This document shows, in pieces, positions 26,281 to 39,571 of a DNA stretch of 64,000 bases. The stretch covers positions 4,588,001 to 4,652,000 of the forward strand of contig CM035360.1 of assembly GCA_020137815.1 (NCBI GenBank), in the 5' to 3' direction. A model generated the notes under the pieces. The model searched no databases and was not told where the DNA came from. It saw only the letters and a program-made list of their open reading frames with translations. Both the position numbers and the translations under genes were made by a program. This DNA is from Hormiphora californensis (taxonomy: Eukaryota; Animalia; Ctenophora). Numbering within the stretch: the first letter of the stretch is position 1; every line of letters begins with the position of its first letter.

Positions 26281-26982
26281 ATAGTGTTATTGTCGTTATG
26301 CTACTCCTTGCCAAATGTGTTTACTGCAGTGCTATAGTTTTTTGATACTTACCACATTTTAAGTTTGTGACAACCCGTGCCAAAGAACAGTGTTTTTTAC
26401 ATTTTGGTTCGGGTGTTGGTTCACTTATTTGTTTTTCCAATGTATACCTACTGCAAGATTGTTGTATGAACAACTAACCTATAATATCTAAGTTAGGACA
26501 ACATGCTTTTGAAGGGTATCATTAATCTGTTCATACTCCTTTTATCAGGGTTTTTCATGTTTGGGTGAGTGAGCCTTGCTCGACCCTCTCTATCCGCACA
26601 TCTATCCTGTTAAAAAGGGTTTTTTTTTGGATCGTCCCCGTGCTAACATTTGTCACTCCCTGTTACACACCATGTATCCTGGCCATGTATGTGCCAAAAA
26701 GGGTTACAATATAACAAAGCCGCGGGGTAGTCGGATAGTGGTAATAGTTACCATGCCCTCAGACCGTTAGCAGACATAGTTAGTTTTGCTGTTGTTGAAA
26801 ACTTGATATTATCTCAGCTCAATTTATGTCCGGGTCGTTCAGCTTCTGGCCGCTTAATTCTAACAAGGCTCTTGCACACTTGGCATGTATATATTATTGG
26901 ACACTGTCTTTTGTACACAATAGAAACACACTCACTTCAAGTAGTTTCTTACTTCACGTCAGTTGTTTTCTATCTCTGATCG

Positions 26983-29900
26983 ATGTTCTACCTTCTAGTC
27001 CTCCTTTATTCGGTGGAGGGAAGCACATTTTCAGATAAATTAAACAGTGATTTGCACTGTAAATTACCCCGAACAGATGCCATAACTGAGATTACTATTA
27101 CACCTGATAAGCACAAGTACAATGACGCAGAGGGTGTGTGTTAATAGTTAATTAAAGTTAGATATTTAGTTAGTACTAACTAATGTTTGATTTCCTTGAT
27201 TCGTTTCTTTATTATAGTTTGATTTGTCACTTTATATTTTTTGTTATCACTTGCTATACGTTTCCCCAGGTAACACCTATATTTATAACGGTGCTAGTGT
27301 CACAGTAAAGTGTTCCGATAGTAAATATACCTTTGTGAATAAGCTGGTCAATGAAAAAATTGGTAGGATTATAATTATAGAGGCCGGAGGAGTAATGATT
27401 ATAGAGAGAAAGAGATAGACATTTTTTGTATCAATACCCATACAACAGCCCAGGAACCCAATTATACCTTGGTGACATTGACACCTAGTGCGTGCGAGAT
27501 CGAGCTCGCACATAGGTGTCCGCTCCGCCCCCTAAAAAAGGGTCGTGTCTTTCAAGCCAAATTGCACGTGATCCACTGGACCGATTTGCATCCGGTTTGT
27601 CGCAAAAGACTACAAATTGGTCCTAGTTTACTGGAAAATACCCGAGAAGTTTGTCTGTCAACAGGAAGTGGGTCAAAATTGACACTGAAGTCAAATCTAT
27701 AATCTGGCTTCCGAGCCTTTTTGCACCACTCCCAGACGGTGTAGAATGAATCTGAGGGTATCAGAAGATAGGTTGAACTCTTGTGAGTACTGGAAAATAC
27801 CCGGCATTAATAGCTGATGCTAATTGCATCAACATATTTCCCAATATCTTCTAAATCGCATGGGCGTAGAGCAGAAACTCTCGGAAGCCAGATTATAGGT
27901 TTGACTTCAGTGTCAATTTTGACCCACTTCCTGTTGACAGACAAACTTCTCGGGTATTTTCCAGTATATTAGGATCATTTGTGGTCTTTTGCGACAAACC
28001 GGATGCAAATCGGTCCAGTGGATCGCGTGCAACATCCCTTGAAAGAAACGACCCTTTTTGAGGCGGAGCAGACACCTGTGTGTGAGCTCAATCTTGGTCG
28101 CGCACGGTGTCTATGTCACCAAAATTATACCCATCTCTCTCTCTCTCTGCTGCAGGTGAATTAGAAGAATACAAACTCTTCAAGAGCGTGATAGTAAAGT
28201 GTTACTATAGCACGATCCTAAGACCGGATATTTTCACCGATACAGAAGTGTTCTGTGCTGCGGGGTGTGCCCAACCTTCCTTCCCCGCAGAAAACTACGA
28301 AATATCACCAGGACCACAGAGCGGTGACAATAAGGCCCCTTACAAGGAAGGACAGAGTAAGACATTGTTTGGAATCACACCCGCAGTACCAATACCTCCT
28401 GTACCAATAGGCAATACCTCCAGTACCTATTCGGTACTGGAGGTATTGGTACAGGAGGTATTGGTACTGCGGGTGGGTACCATTGTTTGTTGCAACCAGA
28501 AAATTGATTTTCATATAATTTCTTATATCTGATCATGATGGCGATGATTTAGGGACCACCAAACATGCATGGGTGGGATCAAGTTTCGGGTGTTTTTGCA
28601 TTATATAGTAAGATAGCCATCACTTTGTCAAACAACTAATTAACAACACAATTAATTATTAATTAATTAACAAGATAATTAATTACAGAGTACACAGTGG
28701 CATGCCAGAAAGGGTATGTCAGGGCGTGGAAGGATGACGGTGATCTGACCTTTCAATGTCTCAATGGACAGCTAACTGAGAAGCAATCAGAGTTGATGAC
28801 ATGTGCTCCGGGGTGCAAGGACCTCAGTGAAGACATTATACCCTACCAGTTAGTGTGATATGACGTCATTATACCCTACCAGTTAGTGTGCATCATGACG
28901 TCATAATTATGATTATTAACTCATAATTGGCCTAGCCATTATTATTATACATTAACCGGCCCCCAATTCAGGACTGTTGTACTATAGCGACCCCACCCCC
29001 ACTTCAGGATAGCACTAGTGATTCCCCCTCCCCTAATTCAGGACATCAGTATAGGAACCTCTCCCCCCCCCCGGCCCCCCAATTGAAGACAGCACCAGTG
29101 AACCCCCGGCCCCTACCATTTATGTGGAGACCAACAGATGCAGCAAACTCCTCCAGCCGGGCCAGGAATACCTGGGCCCCATCGATGGTATCAGCTAACA
29201 GAGCGAGATCATCGGCATAATCAGCATCTGTTAGCTTTTTAGCCGGGTACCTTCTGCTCCTCCGTGGTTGGATAGTGAATCCAAGATCTACTCCTTCAAG
29301 AGTTTTCCTCATTATATAATCGATGGCTATAATAAATAGCAACAGACTGGCGGGCGCCAAATCTAGACAGAGCGCTTAGTTGGTTGTACACACACTCCCT
29401 CTTGTGTTGTCATGTCATTTTATCGTGTTTCCAGTGATTCTTTGTGATCTTTACACAAATCTGTCAGAGGGCGTGCGTCTATCGAGACACAAACTCACGG
29501 CAGTGCACGGCCCAATAGACCAGTGCAAATTGTTCGCGCGGGGCGGGCGTCTATTTGAGCCAGCGGGGTCTATATGTACAGTCGGACCCCGATTTACCGG
29601 GCCCCGATTTACCGGGAGGATTTCTTTCCCCCGATATTTTTTGGAAAATTTTCGAAGTTTTGCCGCTTGGTAAACTTGCATTTGCAATTCGCTAGGTCTA
29701 ATGGGGATCACGTATCGGTTCGTTTCAAACCTTCTAATTAGCGGCAGGACACGTGATAAGATGTACCGATTCGAAACACGATTCGAACGTGTCTGGTATA
29801 CCTTAGAAAAATTTCATAACTTTTTTTGCAAAATTCTACAGAATCATTGTCAATGCTTTGACCGATGCTCCCCTTAAATTTTCAGAGAAAAAGTTATTTT

Positions 29901-31398
29901 GAAACTTTGATACTTCCTCATCCCAGATTCGGCATGGTATCACGTATCGGTTCGTTTCGAACCGTCTAATTAGCGGCCGGACATGCGATAAGATGTACCG
30001 ATTCGAAACACGATTCGGACCCGGTCGGGGTGGTTTACCTTAGAAAAAGTTTTTTCATTTTTTATTGAATTTTGTAAATTTCCTATTTCTAATGACAGAA
30101 GATATGATCATATTGTCATCAATAAATGTATACTATACAGTAAGAGGTGTCTTGGTATAGAATTTTGGACAAAAGTAGGATTTATGGGTAGGGTTTATGG
30201 GTCAAATATGCTCTACCCCGATATACCGGGCACCCCGATTTACCGGGCAAAATGGCTTCCCCCGAGGATCCCGGTAAATCGGGGTCCGACTGTAATAGTC
30301 GATCAATTATAAATTATGGCCATCACTTTGTCAAACAACTACTTAACAACACAATTAATTAATTAATTAAATAATTAATTACAGAGTACACAGTGGCATG
30401 CCAGAAAGGGTATGTCAGGGCGTGGAAGGATGACGGTGATCTGACCTTTCAATGTCTCAATGGACAACTATCTAAGAAGCAATCAGAGATGATGACATGT
30501 GCTCCGGGGTGCAAGGACCTCAGTGAAGACATTATACCCTACCAGTTAGTGTGATGACGTCATTTTACCCTACCAGTTAGTGTGCATCATGACGTCATAA
30601 TTATGATTATTAACTCATAATTGGCCTAGCCATTATTATTATACATTAACCGGCCCCCAATTCAGGACTGTTGTACTATAGCGACCCCACCCCCACTTCA
30701 GGATAGCACTAGTGATTCCCCCTCCCCTAATTCAGGACATCAGTATAGGAACATCTCCCTCCCCCCCCCCCCGGCCCCCCAATTGAAGACAGCACCAGTG
30801 AACCCCCCCCCCCCTCTTTCCATACACTCCAGACAGCCCCCCATCGCCTATATTTCAGGACTGCAGTAGCGATTGACGAGGAGGAAAGCACCGAAAAGAA
30901 TATGGTATGGCCCGCTGCACCGTACCCGTGGGGTGCTGAACTGACCTTCACGTGCTATGGCAGCCCGAACAGAAAAGATTACCAAGGGAAGAACCCGATA
31001 TACTGCTGGAGGGAAGGAAGGACGGTACGTGTGAAAAAACAAGCACTTCATATTTGGTTAGTTGAATAAAAATCCCCCGATGTATAGGAAATTAACAATA
31101 TTTGACCCCGATAATCGATACACCGGGAACCCTGTGGCAAAACCCTTTGGCCTTTCACCCGAGCATCCCGGTAAATCGGGGTCCGAATTATAAAAATATA
31201 CAGGTGTATTAGAGGATTGTATTTTTCCAATTCTTATCTCCAAGTGGCTCCATGTTTCTGAACCACCCTATACATACAGGTGTATTAGCGGATAAAACTG
31301 CCGAGGATGAAGATGAGGACTCGGTAAAGCGGGGTTACTGGTCACACAAAGTTGAAAACTGTAAATGGAAGGCTAACAAGATCGACGTGAACTTATAG
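26983..31398 (+). CDS. Secreted sushi/CCP-domain protein
   Basis: Exons 26983-27133 (signal MFYLLVLLYSVEG), 27270-27362, 28156-28356, 28689-28848 or 30385-30544, 30859-31024, 31280-31398. Sushi patterns CAQP..YTVACQKGY..C and LTFTC..IYC..GYWSHKVENC. The last junction is off by one base. Confidence 0.65.
27469..28122. mobile_element. Long-TIR foldback MITE with 9-bp TSD (Mutator-like features)
   Basis: ~250 bp inverted arms starting TTGGTGACA; AATTATACC is duplicated on both sides. Confidence 0.85.
29115..29348 (-). mobile_element. Non-LTR retrotransposon reverse transcriptase fragment (RTE-like)
   Basis: LLFIIAIDYIMR...PRRSRRYPAKKLTDADYADDLALL...VGLHIN contains the RT YADD motif. Confidence 0.85.
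29579..30292. mobile_element. Tc1/mariner-pogo-type MITE, same family as 13941-14791
   Basis: TIR CAGTCGGACCCCGATTTAC with TA flanks; short derivatives at ~31100-31187, ~48535-48607 and ~56633-56716. Confidence 0.88.
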
Positions 31399-31989
31399 GA
31401 TAAAAAATTCAACATTTTACTAATTATTTTTCAGTAAAATGTTATTTTCTTTGTTTGGATACGGTGTTGGGCCAATGCGCTGACCGTGGTTCCCGCTTGC
31501 TTATTTGGAAGAAATGATAATAGGGTCAGGCCAATATATATAAATGTTCTAACTGTACCAAAATATTCGCCTTAGTTACCACTCGTTCAATATTCAGTAG
31601 CACATTCAAAGATTTAATTTTATAGCTCGGTAGCGCTGGTGAACAACACACTTTTAGGGTTTGACATCTTTACATGGCTTCACTCTCAATTACTACCATA
31701 CAATGGCAGCTGGTATTGGTAATTTCGTTACCATGCTGCAATGGTCACCATGACACCGGACTCTGAATCCTAGAAGTGGTCACCATGACACCGGACTCTG
31801 AATCCTAGAAGTACAGTCACCAATCACCATGACATCGGCATCCTAGCAAGGATAGCTCTGAGACGGCCTCAGATGTTATGGGGTCTGCTGCTTGTACGAT
31901 CATCGTGCAACGCTAATTTGTTTGTTTTTACTTGTACCCCCTACATTGACAGCGTGTCATAATACCCCAGGGAAAGATGGGAGAGAGAA

Positions 31990-32028
<39 letters not shown>

Positions 32029-32728
32029 GAGATAGAGAGAGAGAGAGATAACAAGCAAGTTAAGAGATTGAGGAGCTGATATGGTGAGTCGGTATTATCT
32101 TGCGTGTAATCCTATGCTTCGTTGTCCCATCTTGTGTTTGATCAATTCCACTAAATACCACATGTTGGTTGACAATGTCACGTGATAATTAATCTATCAC
32201 GTGATCATGTCTAATTTTCTCTTGCTGAGAGGTATTCTCTCTTACTCAGGTTACTTGCGGTTTAGGTTTCAAAAACTAGTTGATAATCATTTCTCTCTAT
32301 ATTTGCTCTTGCTATCATGCCATGTTGATTGTTCTAATATATTATGCGTCCCTTTTTGTTGACCCCCACGATTTACCCACATGGGACTCAGACCACCGTT
32401 GTTTGATTCAGCTCATCATCGAAGCAGTCGTCTGCATTGTGTCATAAATCCTATGTTGGTATTCAATTCCTCCTATATTATGTCACAAATATCCGGGAAA
32501 TAATATTCCATGTTTCTTCTACCCCCTAAATTAGATTTATAAATCTTGAAATAGAGAAGTTGATAGTGCGAGAGATGGAGAGAACGGGAGAGAGAGAGAG
32601 AAACTGAAAGAGACAATGCAGGAGGGAGGAGTGAAAGAATATTCAGCGAAATGCTGGTGTGCTAGTTTGTCTGCAGTGTGCTTCTTACGTCCTGTAGCAT
32701 GTAGAGTAGCCTTTTATTTTAGTTTTCA

Positions 32729-32778
<50 letters not shown>

Positions 32779-33222
32779 CTCTCTCTAACTATCTCTTTCT
32801 GCCTCCCTCCCTCTCTCTCTCTTTCTGTCTCCTTCTCCCTCTTGCCCTATAATATCCATCTACTATCTCTCCCTTTCTGCACACAACATGTATTGTGTGA
32901 CACCTTGTGTCCGCTACTCATTGACCAATTATTTCACCATGTTATGAGATCAGTTGAAAACTCCCTTGTTTCAACTCTGGTGTATGTGAGCCTTGAGGGC
33001 AAACAGTTTTCACTTTTGTCCCCCTCCCTCAGCTATAATATGTGACGTGTTACTCAACAAGTAACATGGTTGCGTGATCCCCACCCCGTTTCGGGGAACT
33101 AGTGATTCTTTTTCCGTTACCTATTTCAATCCGTTGCTTGGCGTGACAGGTGACATCATTATGAAAAATATTTTAGTGACTTGCATAACCCAATTGTTAT
33201 GTTCTAACCCTCCTTTGTCGGG

Positions 33223-33282
33223 GGTGCAGTGAGGGAGAGGGTCGAACAAGGTACCTTGTTCGACCCTCTCCCTCACTGCACC
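33223..33282. repeat. Perfect 60-bp palindrome
   Basis: GGTGCAGTGAGGGAGAGGGTCGAACAAGGT|ACCTTGTTCGACCCTCTCCCTCACTGCACC. Confidence 0.92.
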
Positions 33283-33521
33283 GTGTTGTGCAGTTTACGG
33301 GTTGTGTAGTTTATTTCCCTGCCCGGGTGGATGCCAAACTTTCTCTGAGAACTGAGAAGTGAGAAGATATGAACCCGAGTTAAAATAGGAATTACAAGTG
33401 GTGACGTATTATGGTCAGTGCAGATGTGTAGCTCTATTTGATGTAGTAGGTGTGATAGGTCTATGTGCTGTCAAACTGACATGATCGAGGCCTCATGATC
33501 TTGGATAGAGTGTGTGTGTGA

Positions 33522-33562
<41 letters not shown>

Positions 33563-33964
33563 TTGATAGGTTTCTCGAGTGTTATCTTATGAGTGCATGG
33601 TCAGCTATCCGTTATTCATTATCTGCCATTTCAATTCATTTCCTTCTTTCTCTTTTATTTCTCTCTGATGACATTTGCTGAGTGAACTGATAAGATCACA
33701 TGATATTTGAGCTGCATTTTATTATTGCTTTACCGTTTTTGACCGATCTTATCACTACATACCATCGTATTCAATCCAATATCATAACTAACGGTTTCCT
33801 TACATACCAACCATACCAGTTCCAGTGTTCAATTTGTCAATTTCGAACAGTTATTGATGGTCAATTTGTCAAAATGTCACGGTTCTTGCTTCTTACCCAT
33901 TACCAGCTCTCTCTTCTCCTCTCTCATTTCGCTATGTTTTCCTCTATCACTATGCCTGTCTCTT

Positions 33965-34023
<59 letters not shown>

Positions 34024-35592
34024 CCTTTAGGTTCTTCTAATCTTTCTAACAAGATCTGGTTTTAAGTGTCTGCCCCACCCTAAAAGTAGATATAGCTAGA
34101 GGTATACCTACTATACTCACAGTTGTTTCTACCACAATTGAAACTTTATTCTTGTTAAAGAGAAACATATAACCCTTGAGGCACATTAAATTAGAAAGGG
34201 GAGAACCCAAATTCTCAGCTACGATTTTATACCATCTGTTCCTGTATTATATGAGAGAGGGGGTTGTTTGATAATTGTAGTTCAGAGCTAGTTATAGAAC
34301 AGCTGTTTGGGTGTAGACCTTGTCTCTTTTGAACCCACGTGGAGGGGTTGTTAGGCCCCATGGGGAGCTCATACACTTAGAGAGATGGAGAGAGAGAGAG
34401 GGAGAGAGAGAGAAAGAATGTAGGGCTGAATAGAGAGAGAGGCATCAATTTAGCGAATTGTTTACATGGTGCACCATTTGTACTGAAAAGGAGAGAGTTG
34501 AGAGGAGCTCTGCGGGACAGTAGAGAGGGAGAGGGAGCTGGGAGAGGGAAGAGGTAGGGTACAAATTACTCAAAGTGCTCTAGCTTCCCTATTTATCTCT
34601 TTTTTGTAGTAGGCTACCCGACTCTCAATTTGCTGCTTTGTACATTAGTTCTGCATTAAAATGGGCGGTCTGACTTTATATTAGTCTCATTTTATTGTGC
34701 GGCCAATCCTTAGGAGCTCATTTATACCCTGCCAATCCCTGCTGATTCATTTGACTGTTCTCTGTGTGTGTTCCACGTAGACTCTTTGAGATCGTTGCAC
34801 TTTGTGATTCTAACAAATACAAAAGCAGGCACTCAGTTTAGTATATTTGAAGAGAGTTAGGGCTATTATGTATGTTTCTCCTTCTTACAAATAATCGAGT
34901 ATGATGGAAATTGATTGATAGCTTTTCAGACAATATTATTTACCAGTTGACCCCTTTATCGACATGTTTTTGATGGGCTAAATATTCGGTTGATAGGTTT
35001 CTACTCAATAAATACCGAATTTATGCCTGTTTAGTGCTATTTATATGCGACATTTTGAAATTTAACCCCCTCTCTTAATATTTAGCATAACGATGTTGGG
35101 GAGATGACGCTGTTATGGTGAGACGTGGACACTCCCTCCCCTCCCCTCCACGGGTCCCTCCCACTCAACTAACAGGTAACCATAGAAACAATAAACATCA
35201 TGAGGTAACAGGTAACTAGGATCATGAGGTCCAAAAACATGATCAATATCGGACACCTGACTCAGTTACCCCTCTCCCGACTTCCAATTAGTTAGTAGAC
35301 CATTTCCTAGTTTGGATCACATTTCAAGAAAATGGGCGGTGGTATCACGAAATCAAGATGCTAATTGCCCCAAATTATGAACCCTCCCCGTATAGAGAGC
35401 TGTCCTTAGGGGCCATCCCTCTTTCTCAGCCGCCCCACCCCATTATTACACCCTATAGTTCTGTAGGGGAGGGGCCATCCGCCTCTCTCTCTCTCTCTGT
35501 TGTTGTGCAGCGACAACGGAAGTCTGGCGCAATTCATCTTGTCTCCTTCCAGCTTCATTCTTGTGATGATCGATCACATGGCCACATATACC

Positions 35593-35843
35593 GTCTGAGC
35601 AATTGGTGGTGGGAGGGGGTATGTCTGAGCAATTGGAGGGGGGGGGGGGCTGTCTGAGCAATTGGTGGTGGGAGAGGGCCTGTCTGAGCAATTGGTGGTG
35701 GGGGGGGGGCTGTCTGAGCTATTGGTGGTGGGGGGGGGGGGGGCCTATCTGAGCAATTGGTGGTGGTATGTCTGAGCAATTGGTGGTGGGAGGGGCCTGT
35801 TTGAGCAATTGGTGGTGGGGGGGGGGCTGTCTGCGGTGGTGGG
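35593..35843. repeat. G-rich ~29-bp minisatellite
   Basis: Unit GTCTGAGCAATTGGTGGTGGG(G)nCT. Confidence 0.88.
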
Positions 35844-35912
35844 ATGAAGTTTATGCACCAAATATTGTTCTTTAATTTCCTGCCATTATATTGTTTATAA
35901 TATCGTATGTAT

Positions 35913-35981
<69 letters not shown>

Positions 35982-36158
35982 CAGCTCATTTTGGTTCCCG
36001 GATATGCACTGACCCGGGTACACAATAACTTCGCACCTTATACTATGTGAGGTGCATTTCTAGTAAAATATCCACGTTCTCTCTCCCTCTCCATTCATCT
36101 TCATCTCCTTAGCTGCAACTTATTTTTCCTAGCCCTTCTCTCCTAAGACATCAGATAG

Positions 36159-36243
<85 letters not shown>

Positions 36244-36395
36244 GTTTCAAGACATTATCTAGTTCAGACGAACTTCCCATCTCCTTCCTCTTTTACAGCG
36301 AGGAGGGGGCTCACACAGTTGCCGAACAATAGCCATTTTACTCTGAACAATGATCTATAACAGCCAGGGGTCATGCTTCTCGTTTCCGGTCCACT

Positions 36396-37708
36396 TCACT
36401 GGTCAACTTAGTCTTCATTGAGACCTTTAGACACTGTGTATCCCGTGTTCACTGGTCAACTTACTCTTCCTTTGACCTTTAGACACTGTGTATCCCGTGT
36501 TCGCTGGTCAACTTAATAGTCTTCCTTTAACCTTTAGACACTGTGTATCCCGTGTTCACTGGTCAACTTACTCTTCCTTGAGACCTTTAGACACTGTGTA
36601 TCTCGTTCACTGGTCAACTTACTCTTCCTTGAGACCTTTAGATATTGTGTATCTCGTTCGCTGGTCAACTTAATAGTCTTCCCTGAGACCTTTAGACACT
36701 GTGTATCTCGTTCACTGGTCAACTTACTCTTCCTTGAGACCTTTAGACACTGTGTATCTCGTTCACTGGTCAACTTACTCTTCCTTGAGACCTTTAGACA
36801 CTGTGTATCTCGTTCACTGGTCAACTTACTCTTCCCTGAGACCTTTAGACACTGTGTATCTCGTTCACTGGTCAACTTACTCTTCCTTGAGACCATTAGA
36901 CACTGTGTATCTCGTTCACTGGTCAACTTACTCTTCCCTGAGACCTTTAGACACTGTGTATCTCGTTCGCTGGTCAACTTACTCTTCCCTGAGACCTTTA
37001 GACACTGTGTATCTCGTTCACTGGTCAACTTACTCTTCCCTGAGACCTTTAGACACTGTGTATCCCGTTCGCTGGTCAACTTAGTCTTCCCTGAGACCTT
37101 TAGACACTGTGTATCTCGTTCACTGGTCAACTTACTCTTCCCTGAGACCTTTAGACACTGTGTATCTCGTTCACTGGTCAACTTACTCTTCCCTGAGACC
37201 TTTAGACACTGTGTATCTCGTTCGCTGGTCAACTTACTCTTCCCTGAGACCTTTAGACACTGTGTATCCCGTTCGCTGGTCAACTTAGTCTTCCCTGAGA
37301 CCTTTAGACACTGTGTATCCCGTTCGCTGGTCAACTTACTCTTCCCTGAGACCTTTAGACACTGTGTATCCCGTTCGCTGGTCAACTTACTCTTCCCTGA
37401 GACCTTTAGACACTGTGTATCTCGTTCACTGGTCAACTTACTCTTCCCTGAGACCTTTAGACACTGTGTATCTCGTTCACTGGTCAACTTACTCTTCCTT
37501 GAGACCTTTAGACACTGTGTATCTCGTTCACTGGTCAACTTACTCTTCCTTGAGACCTTTAGACACTGTGTATCTCGTTCGCTGGTCAACTTACTCTTCC
37601 CTGAGACCTTTAGATATTGTGTATCCCGTGTTCACTGGTCAACTTAATAGTCTTCCTTGAGACCTTTAGACACTGTGTATCCCGTTCACTGGTCAACTTA
37701 GTCTTCCA
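36396..37708. repeat. 51-bp minisatellite, about 25 copies
   Basis: Unit CACTGGTCAACTTACTCTTCCCTGAGACCTTTAGACACTGTGTATCTCGTT; it explains the repetitive ORFs on both strands. Confidence 0.95.
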
Positions 37709-38034
37709 ATTAAGACCCTGATGCTCCGTCTATTATACCGTTCACTGGTCTATCGTGAACTGAATACTGAGACTACGCGTCTATTATACCGTTCACCATG
37801 GTCGGTCTCCTGTTAGTCTCTATCGTGATTTGAATACTGAGACAATACCGTTGGATTTTAGTTTATACAGTGAGGGATTTTCTCTACGTAAACAATGCTT
37901 GATTTCGTCTGATTTGATCATGTATACAGTGCAGCTTTTCTTCAGTAGCCAGTTTAGCCATTCCAATTTCCATTCCCCTGCGATTGTCCTGCGATTGTCC
38001 CATCCGCTAATCCCACCTTTATTGTCTCATCTAG

Positions 38035-39571
38035 GTGTCTCGGTAAATGAACGGATTGCTGTTTTTGAGAAAAGGTACAGCACAGAGAATTATCTGAGGA
38101 GAAATCGAGAGGAACAAGAACAGACAGGGATCAGAGAGGACCAGATGGGGGTGAGAGAGGAACAGACTGCGAGAGAGACTGGGTCGAGGGAAGAGATGTT
38201 AGATGACAATCAATACACACAATACCATCACACTAAACAGTCAAAGGTAATAAGTTTTTTGTAACACATAAAGGGATTGGAACTTTTTGTTTGAATTTTG
38301 TTATTACTAAACAGTTCTTTTAATTCCATTTCTAATCTATGTTTATATCTTCAGAGGCGGAATCACAACAAACACAGCAGTAAAAAGAAGGGCAAACTAC
38401 CTGCAACACCCACCAAGGTAAATGCAGTAAAACCTAGGCAGTCAGACTTGTCATACACGGCCCAGGTCATACTAATTGTCTGTAACAGCCCAGTTCGAAG
38501 AGGGCAGTTTTTGTGAGACAACTAACTCAGCTCCATTCTGACCCAATTAATATAACTAACTCAACTTCCTCCCCCCCCCAGGTAGTTGAATCCGACTACG
38601 AGCTGATGCTACCCCGTGGTAAAACCACCTCTTCCAGCAGCCCCACAACCTCCAGCCCCTCCAGCAGTAGCCCCACCTCCTCATCTTGTAGTGAGGGAGA
38701 GGTTGTAGTGTTCAGTGACCGATCAACTCTCTTCATGTCCCCTTCATCATCCTGTAGTAGTAGTTCTAGTAACCACCAGAGCAGCACCTGCCAAGATAAG
38801 AGACACTCAGAATACCGGAATCTCCCTAGCAACCACCCTGTGTTCCCTAGCAACCACCGTAACAGGAAGCATTCTGAATCAACATACCGCAACCTCCAAC
38901 TATCCGAACTAGAAGAGGAGACAGACGAGGAGGAGGATGTCTATGCTACAATCCCAGATCATAATTCCTCTGCAGACTCCGGGTTTTCTAATGATGTCAG
39001 TTTAACCCGACCGAGGAACCAGAGCAGCAGGTTGTCATCAGACGAAGTGTCAATTATTAACCGTTACCAGACTGTTTTGAGGGACAGGAGTGGCAGTAAA
39101 TCTAGGTTTAAAAAGTTATCTGAACTATTGTGCAGCGGTGGTAGCCATGATTCTGATGATGAGATTGACAGTTTGTACGATAGTATAAACAGCTCTAATT
39201 CTTCCAACTACCAGATCCTGACCTCCGGTTCATCTCCCAGTGATGATCCCCCTAGCAACAAAGGTGAATCTTTGTCGCCTAGCAACAAGGGTGAATCCTT
39301 GTCGCCTAGCAACAAATGTGACTCCTTGTCGCCTAGCAACGATGATGACCAGGGACAATATTCCTCTGTGACGGGTTCTTCTCTCTCTTGTGAAGGGATT
39401 CAGGATACTGTGCGATTTACAAAACGGGACTTTTTCTACCGGTCCAAGTCCTCCGACCCTGACTATGTGTCCATGACGGGGCGATACCACCAGCCTAAGA
39501 AGCCTGTTAGGAATAGGGCGATAAGTTTGAGCCATGTTTATGAGAATCTAGCATCCCTTCGAGCTTCTTAG
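38035..39571 (+). CDS. Ser-rich, low-complexity protein with multiple tyrosine motifs (3' exons)
   Basis: Exons 38035-38246, 38355-38417 and 38582-39571 join in frame; the start exon is uncertain. Confidence 0.65.

Noticed and set aside
36396-37708. 351 aa repetitive ORF / CRISPR-like array
   Set aside because: These are contiguous 51-bp repeats with no unique spacers; the ORF exists because the unit length is a multiple of 3, and the context is eukaryotic.
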